Below are positions 25,935-34,278 of a DNA stretch of 37,789 nt, in pieces (position 1 is the first letter of the stretch; each line of letters opens with the position of its first letter). The DNA lies in IMG/VR virus record IMGVR_UViG_3300020043_006244, positions 1 through 37,789 of that record; one strand, 5' to 3'. The DNA comes from a virus (taxonomy: Duplodnaviria; Caudoviricetes). The translations under genes and the position numbers were made by a program. The notes under the pieces are model-generated. The model did not search any database. It worked only from the letters and a program-made list of their open reading frames with translations, and was not told the origin of the DNA.

Positions 25935-25972
25935 TCAGCCACGCGAAGGCTCGACTCCTTCCGCCCCAGCCA
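25928..25972 (+). tRNA. 3' half of tRNA-Gln(TTG), att-core-like fragment
   Basis: Loop TT-TTG-AT, stem TCAGC, variable CACGC, T-arm GAAGG-CTCGACT-CCTTC, acceptor CGCCCCA-G-CCA; no adjacent 5' half. Confidence 0.85.
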
Positions 25973-26007
25973 ATTTTTAGCGTGTTAGCTTCCTCTTAGA
26001 CTCTCGC

Positions 26008-26454
26008 CTAGGTGATGAGACGGTAATTGGCGATGTACTGTTCATACCAGTCTGCGCGGTAGGGAAGGTGCTTCGTGCTCTCGTTGCGAGCTTTGAGCTT
26101 CTCGGGGAAGGTGTCGCCCTTTTCGACACGTAGGCGTGCTTCGTATTCAACCCAGTTCCCTGAAAGATTGATGTTGCAGCGGTAGCACTGGATTCTGAGG
26201 TTGTCTAAGTCGTATCGAAGCTCTGTTGAACAAACAGACGACGGTATGAAATGTCCGGTTTGACACTCTCTAGGTTCAAATAGTTGGCGGGAGCAGGTGT
26301 AGCAGTTCCATGTACCGTCGTGGCGTTGGTAGCGTAATCTGGTTATTCGCTTGCATTCGGCCCACAGTTGGTTTTTGAGGCGTTTGAGGGGTGGGTTCTT
26401 GGGTCTTCGAGCTTGGAGGAGTTTCGGACGACGTTGAAGTTGAGAGCGCTTCAT
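26008..26454 (-). CDS. ninG: NinG/Rap-like recombination endonuclease
   Basis: CYTC, TGHFI, LRYDLDNLRIQCYRCN, SGN. Confidence 0.85.
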   Translation of the reverse strand: MKRSQLQRRPKLLQARRPKNPPLKRLKNQLWAECKRITRLRYQRHDGTWNCYTCSRQLFEPRECQTGHFIPSSVCSTELRYDLDNLRIQCYRCNINLSGNWVEYEARLRVEKGDTFPEKLKARNESTKHLPYRADWYEQYIANYRLIT

Positions 26455-26927
26455 AGGAGCGGAGAGTGTTTAGTTCGCTTGCGTTGGAGGCGGGCTTTGA
26501 GTGCCTTGTGTTCTCGTTCTAGGTTGGCAATATTAGCAGCCAACCAGTCGGGACGGCGGTAGTCTACAGAATAGTTAGAGACATGATTGAGATAATCGAG
26601 TCTGCGTTTGAGCATAGCCTTGTGTAACAGGGATTCTTCGATACCTAGGCGGAGACGATATGACATGTCCGATAATTCCTGCTCGGTCCAATTAGGGGCA
26701 CGGAGCAGCTTAGAATACTTCGATTTAAAGCGAGAAGCTATGTAAGCTGCTTTCGCGGGGATAGAGAAGAATATCTTGCTGCCGGCGAGTTGGTTGCATT
26801 GCTTGCACGATTTTACAATCCATTGTTGCGAGTGGTCGAAAGTACGGTGCGAAAACCAAATAGCAGGGATTACGTGCTCGCGTTGAAGGTCGCTAGGGAA
26901 ACCACAGTAGGTGCACACGGAGTCCAT
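26451..26927 (-). CDS. HNH endonuclease-like protein
   Basis: CTYCG, REHVIP, SCKQCN; own TATAAT upstream. Confidence 0.75.
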   Translation of the reverse strand: MDSVCTYCGFPSDLQREHVIPAIWFSHRTFDHSQQWIVKSCKQCNQLAGSKIFFSIPAKAAYIASRFKSKYSKLLRAPNWTEQELSDMSYRLRLGIEESLLHKAMLKRRLDYLNHVSNYSVDYRRPDWLAANIANLEREHKALKARLQRKRTKHSPLL

Positions 26928-26934
26928 AGCATTA

Positions 26935-27054
26935 TTATACTACGAGTAAAGCTCGTGCGGAGCATAAGCCTGGCTCGTTGGAGGCCTCGGAGGGCGTCGC
27001 GAGGCGTTTTGAGCGTTTGGGAGGGGTTGTACGACGAAGTTGAGTTCGCTTCAT
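26935..27054 (-). pseudogene. Orphan duplicate of ninG 5' end
   Basis: MKRTQLRR versus ninG MKRSQLQRR. Confidence 0.45.
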
Positions 27055-27060
27055 GCGTGG

Positions 27061-27426
27061 TTAGTTGGATGTATATAGTTCGTAGGGGTCAAAGTCTGGT
27101 GGTTCGTTTGTAGGAAATGGCACGTGGATGTGAAACTCTCTACCGAGAAATGCGTTCATTGCTTCGTACACCTTGTCTACCTCTGCGGTGGTTAGTTCTG
27201 TCGAACTGTCTTTGCCGAGCATGATTTGTTGGAGTGGTCGCCAGATTACTTCCTTGAGAGCGTTGGTTGTGGGTCGTATCTCTGCTCGTTTGATCGCTGC
27301 GGTGACGTTTTGGAGAGAGTGGCCTTCACGGTCGAGTGCTTCTGCCACTAGTTCTAGGTATTTGTGGATTGCACGGTTTTGTGCAGAGGTTCTTTTGGTT
27401 CCATCGGTGTTCTTGTTTTCCATCAT
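27061..27426 (-). CDS. NinB-like protein
   Basis: RTSAQNRAIH, SSTELTTAE, VPFP. Confidence 0.65.
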   Translation of the reverse strand: MMENKNTDGTKRTSAQNRAIHKYLELVAEALDREGHSLQNVTAAIKRAEIRPTTNALKEVIWRPLQQIMLGKDSSTELTTAEVDKVYEAMNAFLGREFHIHVPFPTNEPPDFDPYELYTSN

Positions 27427-27572
27427 TCCCTATCGGTATGGACAATAAGTGCCCCGACAACCGCACCAATAACCAAAGCAAGCATTGCTGTCCATTCGTG
27501 TAGCGCTGCCAGTATAATTAGTCCACTTATCAGTACCAGCGGCGCAGTTTTTCTTGATGTTTTGTTTTTCAT
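27423..27572 (-). CDS. Small membrane protein (49 aa)
   Basis: Two hydrophobic segments; ATGA overlap. Confidence 0.55.
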   Translation of the reverse strand: MKNKTSRKTAPLVLISGLIILAALHEWTAMLALVIGAVVGALIVHTDRE

Positions 27573-27584
27573 AGTGTTAGTGTA

Positions 27585-27797
27585 CTACTGTTCTGTGGAG
27601 GTGGGTAGGGTGGATATTATATCTTCCGGTTTAATCCAGTGCGTTCTCTGAGAACCTGGGGCACTGATTTGAAGGACGAGAGCTTCGACCGTTCCATCTG
27701 GCGCAGATCGTATTTGATTGAGCGGGATGCAGATTGCCGTAGTGTCTCGAAATAGGCCGAGTTTCGCTGTGATGTATTTTTCATTGGCTGTTTTCAC
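27585..27797 (-). CDS. Hypothetical protein
   Basis: 70-aa ORF in operon. Confidence 0.55.
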   Translation of the reverse strand: MKTANEKYITAKLGLFRDTTAICIPLNQIRSAPDGTVEALVLQISAPGSQRTHWIKPEDIISTLPTSTEQ

Positions 27798-27966
27798 GGA
27801 TTAGGCGTTGATTGTCTTCGCGCATGGTAATCATTAGGGTTTTAGTTCCGGGAGTGAGTTTCTCTGGGTGGAGGAGGTAGTAGCGCGCGGCGATGGAGAG
27901 TATTTCGGAGGTGTCTTTGCACGCTTCGAGAATGAGGACTTTGCTACCATGCTTGGTCGGTAGCAT
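27781..27966 (-). CDS. Hypothetical protein
   Basis: 61-aa ORF overlapping helicase end. Confidence 0.5.
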   Translation of the reverse strand: MLPTKHGSKVLILEACKDTSEILSIAARYYLLHPEKLTPGTKTLMITMREDNQRLIRENSQ

Positions 27967-28858
27967 AAATTTCGGTGGCTACGTCCTGGTGCTTCCAATC
28001 TTCCTCAGAGAATCGTCCGTCATTGAAGGCGAGCTTCACGTTACCTGTTTTGCCGGTTCGTCGATTGGCTTGGACGGATAGAATTGTTTTGTTTGTGACG
28101 TTCATTTCGCCGTCATTGTTCTTTCCTGCTTTGCGCCAAAGGAGCATGACCGTGTCGGCTTCTTGGGCGATGAATGATGAGTCACGGAGGTCTTCGAGCG
28201 TTGGGGCCACGAGCATGTTCGTCTTCTTGAGATGGGCGATAAGGACAATGGTGACGTTGTGGTTTTTGGCGATGGTCTTTAGGTCGCGCATTGTTTGACC
28301 TATGCGGGTGTCGAGTCGGTCGGTGGTGAGTGGGACAATGAAGTGCAGATGGTCGATGAAGAATAGCTCTGCTCCGTATTTCACCTTGCCCTCTACAACC
28401 TTTTTCTCTACCCATTGTACGGTGTTGCCCGTAATTGTTCGAGGGGTGTAGAAGAGAGGGGGTTGTTCGTTGCGCTCGTGGAATTTTCGGATGAGTTCTT
28501 CCGCGCTTTCCTCGAAGGGCAACCATACTGGTTTGGATGTCTCCATGCGGATGGTGAGTTCCACGCAGAAACTTGTTTTGCCTGACTTGGTGGGAGCAGC
28601 GAGTACGATGAGCTGCTGTCTGCGGAAACCGCCGAGGATGTTATCGAGGCCGGGGAGTCCGGACATGAGTTTGTATTCCTCGGGTTGGGTCTTTATGCGT
28701 TCGAGAATGTCGAGGGATGAGATGAGTTCGTCTTCTCCCGAGTAGACGCGCATTGCTTCTTCGAGGCGGGCGGTGGTCTTTTGCTTTTCGATCTTGTCGT
28801 CGATGGAATGGAGGTCGCGCTCAAGTTCTTGGAGGAACTCAATCATCGGGTCGCTCAT
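27944..28858 (-). CDS. dnaB: DnaB-like replicative helicase (short N-terminus)
   Basis: AAPTKSGKT, FFIDHLH, LIAHL, DLRDSSFIAQEAD, NRRTG. Confidence 0.9.
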   Translation of the reverse strand: MSDPMIEFLQELERDLHSIDDKIEKQKTTARLEEAMRVYSGEDELISSLDILERIKTQPEEYKLMSGLPGLDNILGGFRRQQLIVLAAPTKSGKTSFCVELTIRMETSKPVWLPFEESAEELIRKFHERNEQPPLFYTPRTITGNTVQWVEKKVVEGKVKYGAELFFIDHLHFIVPLTTDRLDTRIGQTMRDLKTIAKNHNVTIVLIAHLKKTNMLVAPTLEDLRDSSFIAQEADTVMLLWRKAGKNNDGEMNVTNKTILSVQANRRTGKTGNVKLAFNDGRFSEEDWKHQDVATEIYATDQAW

Positions 28859-29612
28859 GCTTGTTTTTTAGGTTGCTAAAAACGGTCTTGAAGTCTGGGA
28901 GCTGTCCCTTGTGACGGAGCTGCTCTTGCCAGTAGTCTGATTGTAGCAGTTCGAGGTAGGTTCGTTTGATGAGGGCTGGGGATAGGTTGGCGGCTTTGAG
29001 GCGTTTGATGAAAGATAGTTGGGTGGGGCGGTCGAGAAACCGTTTGCCACGATGGGTTTCGGCCCACTCCATGAGGAGGCGTTCTTTTTCGCGCGATAAG
29101 GCTTCTTTGTCTTTGATGACTTCGCGAGAGTCGAGGTCAATGGCGGGTACTTCGTCGGTGTGCTGGTTCTCGTTGTATTTTTTCCATTTCATACGTTTTT
29201 TTACGTCGTTAGACGTATATATATTCTTTACCTTCTTTACATTCTTGTTATTAGTACCGTCTGTTGTACCGTCTGTTGTACCGTTTGCTTGATATTTGGA
29301 GTAATTAAGTATGATTATACGGCTCAAAGTCTTGCTATTCTGATGTTCTATCTGTTGTACCGTTTTTAGCAAAAATAGGAACCTTCTCACTTTGCCCCTG
29401 CTCCATAGCCACCGTTTAGCGAGCGCTTCCTCCGACCACCCAACTTCTCCGCGGTTTATCGTCACATGTATCCCCCTTTTTATAATGAGGACTGGCTTGT
29501 GATTTGCAAGCAATAGTAAGTCTACCCATGCTTGGCCACGGGTAAATGGTTCTGATTGCCAAAGCTCATTGTCGAGCAAGTTGCGGTGTAGCTTTATCCA
29601 GCCGGAACTCAT
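28839..29612 (-). CDS. Replication initiator / replisome organiser
   Basis: GWIKLHRNLLD, LLLLANH, wHTH LAKRWLWSRGKVRRFL; internal iterons. Confidence 0.85.
   Translation of the reverse strand: MSSGWIKLHRNLLDNELWQSEPFTRGQAWVDLLLLANHKPVLIIKRGIHVTINRGEVGWSEEALAKRWLWSRGKVRRFLFLLKTVQQIEHQNSKTLSRIIILNYSKYQANGTTDGTTDGTNNKNVKKVKNIYTSNDVKKRMKWKKYNENQHTDEVPAIDLDSREVIKDKEALSREKERLLMEWAETHRGKRFLDRPTQLSFIKRLKAANLSPALIKRTYLELLQSDYWQEQLRHKGQLPDFKTVFSNLKNKHERPDD
29254..29365. repeat. Iteron-like repeats, probable replication origin
   Basis: GTACCGTCTGTT x2 plus GTACCGTTTG, further copy TCTGTTGTACCGTTT at 29351; AT-rich flank, as in lambda O. Confidence 0.7.
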
Positions 29613-29617
29613 ACTGG

Positions 29618-29809
29618 CTAAAGAACAGCGTTGATTATATTGGTTTGGAGGTGGTCAAGTATCTGATGGGTGATGTCCTCCTTCTGGTAGACTTCTAAGT
29701 CAGGGTAGTCATGTTCCCATAGCTTCTCCAACCAGAGTTGTGCTTCAAGAATGGTTGTTACGTCTGATACTTGTAGGTTCTTGAGCCTGTCACTGTTGGT
29801 TATTTGCAT
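29618..29809 (-). CDS. Hypothetical protein
   Basis: 63 aa, first gene of replication operon. Confidence 0.65.
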   Translation of the reverse strand: MQITNSDRLKNLQVSDVTTILEAQLWLEKLWEHDYPDLEVYQKEDITHQILDHLQTNIINAVL

Positions 29810-29949
29810 GATAAATACTTACGAATAAACCCCACTCTCGCCGGTCTTCTGTTACCAGAAGAGCCGCGACAATGGGGTTAGGGTTTTATATTTTGTTCGC
29901 TCTTCCTTATAAAACCGGCGACCCCTTGCGAGGTACCTACATTGTATCA
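29810..29949 (-). promoter_or_regulatory. Promoter and structured leader of replication operon
   Basis: TGATACAAT; long hairpin 29828-29879 and competing strand TCGCCGGTTTT 29911-29921. Confidence 0.6.
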
Positions 29950-30372
29950 TACAAGGAAACAGCACCCGGTGCGAGGTGCTGTGGATAGCAGGGTTTATGT
30001 TTTGAAGTGGGGTGGGGTTAAGGCGTCACACGAGTCTCCATCTTTCTCTTCGCGGGTTTGTTATTTGGGCGAGCTGTCCCGGTGAGTACAATGGCGCATT
30101 GGGTGCAATGGAACCACTCGGGCACGAGTTTTGTGTAGGTGTATATGCATTTGACGGGTTTGGTGACTGGTTTATAAGTTTTCATACAGGTCTATGGTAG
30201 CAAAAAAAGAACACGTTGTGGTAGGAGGGGTGTGGATTGCCTATATTTAAGTACAGGTTGAGCGGTCAAAGTATAAAAGTAGGCGGGTATTTCATAAAAA
30301 AACACCATTGTATCAAACAATGGTGTGGTGGGCGGCAATTATTTGTTGAGGCACAGCCGCCCGTGTGCCGTA

Positions 30373-30711
30373 TCAGATGGCGTGCAAACGCTGCCCCCTG
30401 ATAGCTCGGTACTGGACTGTCGGAGTGAAAGGTACGACCTGTCCATCTTTGAGCACAGTGCCGAGTATTTGTACTCGGTAGATTCGGTAGACGTACTTAA
30501 GGTTGAGCGTGCCTACCATCTCCTCTTCTTTGTAGAGGACTTCGCCGTAGACACAGGCGAGCGGAGTGTCGCTTGCGAGGGTTACGGCTTGCGGTGGGGG
30601 CACGCCTTTCTCCACATGTTGGACAAAGTCCACAATGTGAACGGGAGTATCACAGAAGACTCCCGCCGCCTGTTGGATACTAAGAGCCAAGACAACAAGG
30701 ATTATTTCCAT
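30373..30711 (-). CDS. Hypothetical protein with signal-like N-terminus
   Basis: MEIILVVLALS; SD GAGG. Confidence 0.6.
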   Translation of the reverse strand: MEIILVVLALSIQQAAGVFCDTPVHIVDFVQHVEKGVPPPQAVTLASDTPLACVYGEVLYKEEEMVGTLNLKYVYRIYRVQILGTVLKDGQVVPFTPTVQYRAIRGQRLHAI

Positions 30712-30959
30712 GGGTTCCTCGCTTTGTACTGCCAGGTGGAGTACTCCCAGAGGTATGGTTTACGCTCTGGTTCTTCAGGTGTGGTTCTCGTGTTCCACCC
30801 CTCGCGCTTTTGATCGGACTTCGGTATTGAGAGTCCGAGACGATTTGCGCGCCCAATGATTGCGTTTTGCGTTCGATTGGGGAAGTGCACTACGATGACG
30901 TTGGTCTTTTGGGTGTGATAGAGCTTTCGTAACAGTTGGTCTTCATGCGGTTGCCACAT
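30702..30959 (-). CDS. GcrA/Myb-like HTH protein
   Basis: WQPHEDQLLRKLY, RTQNAIIGRANRLGL; SD AGGAGG. Confidence 0.7.
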   Translation of the reverse strand: MWQPHEDQLLRKLYHTQKTNVIVVHFPNRTQNAIIGRANRLGLSIPKSDQKREGWNTRTTPEEPERKPYLWEYSTWQYKARNPWK

Positions 30960-31090
30960 AGGTCCCTCCTGTCTCTGCACGCAAGGATGTTTGTGTGCAG
31001 GGAAGGAGGTAGCTGGGTGTATTATACAGTAACTAAAGGCGAGGGTCTGGGGCGAGACGTGGCGCTTCGGTGTCTTTGGTGTCCATAGTG

Positions 31091-31372
31091 TTATTTGCTA
31101 TTTGGGTTGGTAACTTTCTTCTTCATGGACTCTATATCATGTCGAAGTGTCTTACCCCAGTTACTTGGATCGGCCTCTTTACCTCTTGGGTCGTTTTTTT
31201 CAATCAGTTGCTGCACTTCCTCTAGTACAGCGACGGTGTGAGTGCGGATACACTCAATACAGGCAAAGGACGATGCAATATGATGGTTGCAGTTTTTTAC
31301 CACTCTCTCTGTTTGTATCTCAGATGTGGTGTCTTGTGGGGACTTTTTTGTTACGTAGTTGAGAAGTGACAT
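31091..31372 (-). CDS. Hypothetical protein
   Basis: 93 aa, CNH and CIEC. Confidence 0.55.
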   Translation of the reverse strand: MSLLNYVTKKSPQDTTSEIQTERVVKNCNHHIASSFACIECIRTHTVAVLEEVQQLIEKNDPRGKEADPSNWGKTLRHDIESMKKKVTNPNSK

Positions 31373-31438
31373 ATGGATGTGAGTTAAAAGAAAGGGGCAA
31401 ACAGTGTTGCCCCTCTCGGTGTTAAGCCTGCGGGAGTG

Positions 31439-31678
31439 CTAGGTACTCGGTGGGTGGTGGGTGTGAGTACATTTAGCACATTCGCATTCGTCTTGGATTA
31501 GAGGGGGTTGGTACGTTTGAAGTGGAAGATCGAGCTGCTTTGCTCGGAAGTTCTCGGCTCGTTGGTAGCACATTGCGGAGCAGAACGTCTCTGCTGTTTC
31601 GTGGTTGTGGTGCACGTAGTACTTAAACGAGCACCTGCACCAGTCACATGCGTTCTTGTCGATGTAGCCGTGCTTCAT
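31439..31678 (-). CDS. Cys-rich Zn-binding protein
   Basis: CDWC, FCSAMC, CECAKC; SD AAGGAG. Confidence 0.65.
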   Translation of the reverse strand: MKHGYIDKNACDWCRCSFKYYVHHNHETAETFCSAMCYQRAENFRAKQLDLPLQTYQPPLIQDECECAKCTHTHHPPST

Positions 31679-31884
31679 TTTGCTCTCCTTCGCTTCTCTT
31701 GGTATTGCCAGGATTTGCGGCAGTGTTCGTGCTCGAAGACGTAGAATGTAGCGTCGAGGAGTTTTCGAGCGGACTCCCAGTTGCCTTTGTGCTTGTGGGC
31801 GTTAATCCACACCCGTGCACAGAGTCCTTCGTGTATTGAACCGCAGCAGAGAACGTTAAGCAGTCGGCTTATCCTCCATTTCAT
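31675..31884 (-). CDS. Hypothetical protein
   Basis: 69 aa; purine-rich SD; TGGTAAAAT upstream. Confidence 0.6.
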   Translation of the reverse strand: MKWRISRLLNVLCCGSIHEGLCARVWINAHKHKGNWESARKLLDATFYVFEHEHCRKSWQYQEKRRRAK

Positions 31885-31961
31885 GGTGAACCCCCTTGTG
31901 AAGGTGCTTCTGTACCTATTTTACCACGGGGGCATGGAGGGTTGTGCGGTGGTGGGTATAA

Positions 31962-32159
31962 CTACTTCGGTAAGTAGTACTCGTAGTCTTTACCGTAGGA
32001 CGTCTTGTGATTGCGGGCTTCGATGTTCCAACCGCGACCCTTGAGGCGGTCTATGATAGAGGCGAGACGGGTGATGCGGTGAGCAAGACAGTGATTGCGG
32101 CGTATGTATCCTTTTCGGCGTAATTGCTCTGCAACCCAGTTAAGTTGAGAGGTTTTCAT
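31962..32159 (-). CDS. Winged-HTH DNA-binding protein
   Basis: ITRLASIIDRLKGRGWNIE, YEYYL. Confidence 0.75.
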   Translation of the reverse strand: MKTSQLNWVAEQLRRKGYIRRNHCLAHRITRLASIIDRLKGRGWNIEARNHKTSYGKDYEYYLPK

Positions 32160-32162
32160 GGT

Positions 32163-32324
32163 TCAGAATGGTGGTGTATTGGGGGTTTGAGTAAGGTCTT
32201 TGGGTAATGGATTCTCGTATTGTTCGGGTCTGTCCATTAGACGTTCGAGTAGTTCTATATCGTGTTTGATACGATCTATCAGCTCGATGGCTTCGATAAG
32301 GTCGATGACGTGTAAATTGCTCAT
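32163..32324 (-). CDS. Hypothetical protein
   Basis: Likely start MSNLHV at 32324. Confidence 0.55.
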   Translation of the reverse strand: MSNLHVIDLIEAIELIDRIKHDIELLERLMDRPEQYENPLPKDLTQTPNTPPF

Positions 32325-32328
32325 GGGT

Positions 32329-32958
32329 TTAGAAAGGTATGTCTTCGGGTCGTAGGTCCTCATCAGGATAGTTAGGGTCGCTTTGGTCGCTACGGGGTGC
32401 GAGAAATCGGAGGCGGTACTCTGATGAGGCTTCCATGTCTTTCTTGAGGTAGTCAGGTAGTGCAGCGATTTCCTCACGAGATAGAGTAGTCACATCGAGG
32501 ATGACGGGGGTGTTAACGGGAACGGGGGTGGCCATGCCTTTAGGAAGAGCAGAGGCACTCATTACAGTAGCGTAGGTTTTCGAGCCGTCCTTTGACGCTT
32601 CGTGGGCGATGCTGAGGAGGCAGGATTTGCCGAGCAGCTCGTAGACGTTGAAATAGTCATGGGCGGAGCCAGTGATACCGACTACGAACGGTCGTAGTGC
32701 AGCTTTATCACTCATGGAGAGGGTGAACTTGCGGGAGATGGCGAGTGGAAGTGTCACATCCTTACCGTCCTTATCTTTAAATGTTTTTGTTTCATTCGGA
32801 AGCTCCCAGAAGATGCGGACTCGGTGGGAATCTTTCATTTGTCCTTGCCATTCGTAAGGTACGTGGCCGAGATTGATAATTTTGAAGATAGTTGCTACGT
32901 GGGTGCCTGCTGGAGTTAGTTCAAATTCGTTTGATTTCGCTTTTGCAATGAGTTCCAT
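32329..32958 (-). CDS. Phage ssDNA-binding-like protein (NGO0469-like)
   Basis: PAGTHVA, FTLSMSDKAALR, LLGKSC; acidic EDIPF tail. Confidence 0.75.
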   Translation of the reverse strand: MELIAKAKSNEFELTPAGTHVATIFKIINLGHVPYEWQGQMKDSHRVRIFWELPNETKTFKDKDGKDVTLPLAISRKFTLSMSDKAALRPFVVGITGSAHDYFNVYELLGKSCLLSIAHEASKDGSKTYATVMSASALPKGMATPVPVNTPVILDVTTLSREEIAALPDYLKKDMEASSEYRLRFLAPRSDQSDPNYPDEDLRPEDIPF

Positions 32959-32959
32959 A

Positions 32960-33130
32960 TTATTGTTGTTTTAGTATATCTCGGTAATGTTTTTTGAGTT
33001 CGTTGACGGCAAACCTTTGGTAGTCATCCATTCGTTCTATATCTTCTGGATTGCATTGGCCTGTGTTGAGGAGTTTTCGGAATATTCTCTTGTATTCCGA
33101 TTGCGACATTCCCTTGGCGATAAGTTCCAT
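32960..33130 (-). CDS. Hypothetical protein (56 aa)
   Basis: MELIAKGMSQSEYKRIF...; stop abuts next ATG. Confidence 0.6.
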   Translation of the reverse strand: MELIAKGMSQSEYKRIFRKLLNTGQCNPEDIERMDDYQRFAVNELKKHYRDILKQQ

Positions 33131-33224
33131 ATCTGTTCAAAGGTCTTAGAACATTGGCAAGTGACTTTGAGCTTGCTGGGTGTCTCGAAGAACGGGGCGA
33201 GAGAGGCGTTGAATACAGTCATGT

Positions 33225-33398
33225 TTACCATACATCTTCTGCGTATTGTTTTGCTAATTGGTCTTCGTAGGTGTGGAGCTGTTCGAGTGTAGGCCAGCGT
33301 TCTTGCATTTGCTTGTCAGTGAGTGGGATGCGCATGTCACGTACAAAGGTTTCTTTGCGCTCCTCCTTCTGCTGTTTGATGAGGTTATTGATGTCCAT
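33225..33398 (-). CDS. Hypothetical protein (57 aa)
   Basis: MDINNLIKQQKEERKE... Confidence 0.6.
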   Translation of the reverse strand: MDINNLIKQQKEERKETFVRDMRIPLTDKQMQERWPTLEQLHTYEDQLAKQYAEDVW

Positions 33399-33400
33399 GA

Positions 33401-33556
33401 TTAGAAGAACCTAGAGAGAAATGCGTAAGCGTCAGCGATGATGAATGGTAGGGCAAAGATGAACATGATGCCGAAGATAGTGAGGAAGGTGCGCATAGCT
33501 GGGGATAGGTCGCCTTCGTGCTGTTCTATTTCTTTGAAGAGATTGGTGTGTTTCAT
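33401..33556 (-). CDS. Small membrane protein (51 aa)
   Basis: MKHTNLF..., FLTIFGIMFIFALPFII. Confidence 0.6.
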   Translation of the reverse strand: MKHTNLFKEIEQHEGDLSPAMRTFLTIFGIMFIFALPFIIADAYAFLSRFF

Positions 33557-33592
33557 ATGTGGTTAGTTAGTGTAGAGTATTAAGTATTGTTA

Positions 33593-33721
33593 TTATTTTT
33601 GACTCAGATAGAGGGGGGAGGCTATTTGGGCAAGTACGACGGCAGCGATTGACCACCATCCGCCAGTATGGAAGGCAATGGCTCCTGCTATTCCAGAGAG
33701 TATAAATCCTGCTATTTTCAT
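33593..33721 (-). CDS. Small membrane protein (42 aa)
   Basis: MKIAGFILSGIAGAIAF...; ATGA overlap. Confidence 0.5.
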   Translation of the reverse strand: MKIAGFILSGIAGAIAFHTGGWWSIAAVVLAQIASPLYLSQK

Positions 33722-33879
33722 TTTGGTATATCTTTAGTAGTCTGGTGGACTTGGTAATAGAGACTGTAGAACTTGTGGTAGTCGCGCTTGATATCGAGGC
33801 GCGCCATGACTTCTTTCTGGGTGGCGAGGCCGTTGATGCAAGCGGTAATCCAGCGACGTTGTTTGGTACTAATCTTCAT
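33718..33879 (-). CDS. Small HTH-like protein
   Basis: Start MKISTKQ; ATQKEVMARLDI; promoter TTGCGT-16-TAAGAT upstream. Confidence 0.55.
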   Translation of the reverse strand: MKISTKQRRWITACINGLATQKEVMARLDIKRDYHKFYSLYYQVHQTTKDIPK

Positions 33880-33950
33880 GTGATTTGCTAACTGGTAATA
33901 ACTATATCTTACAGCAATGCTGCCAGCACGCAAGGAGAGGGCGGGGATAA

Positions 33951-33972
33951 GAAAACGGCCCCGTAGGGCCGT
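33951..33972 (-). terminator. Rho-independent terminator
   Basis: ACGGCCC-TACG-GGGCCGT-TTTC. Confidence 0.75.
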
Positions 33973-33975
33973 GTT

Positions 33976-34263
33976 CTAGCGCATAGCAATGTATCCTTGG
34001 GTTACACAGGACCAATCTTGCCAACCGTTCTTATCGTAGAGCATACGCGCAAATTTAACGTTGTGCTCTGGTTTCCATGGGTCAAGGCCGTGTCGTGCAA
34101 GGGTGGCATTGTGGACGGTGTTGATTTGGTACAGACCTTTGTCTTGTGTGCCGTTCGTGTTACTCGGATTGTATGCGTATGGGTTTAATCCGCTCTCACA
34201 TTTAGCGACGGCGAGAGCATTGTGGAGGTCGTCGGGGAAGTACTTGCGGATAAGACGCACCAC
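33976..34263 (-). CDS. Lytic transglycosylase (SLT/lysozyme-like) domain
   Basis: AKCESG catalytic Glu, GLYQIN, GWQDW. Confidence 0.85.
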   Translation of the reverse strand: MVRLIRKYFPDDLHNALAVAKCESGLNPYAYNPSNTNGTQDKGLYQINTVHNATLARHGLDPWKPEHNVKFARMLYDKNGWQDWSCVTQGYIAMR

Positions 34264-34278
34264 ATTGTCGTGACTCCT

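Noticed and set aside
25559-25942. 127-aa ORF that might frameshift into the integrase
   Set aside because: No convincing slippery heptamer or SD, and it would not restore the missing domains
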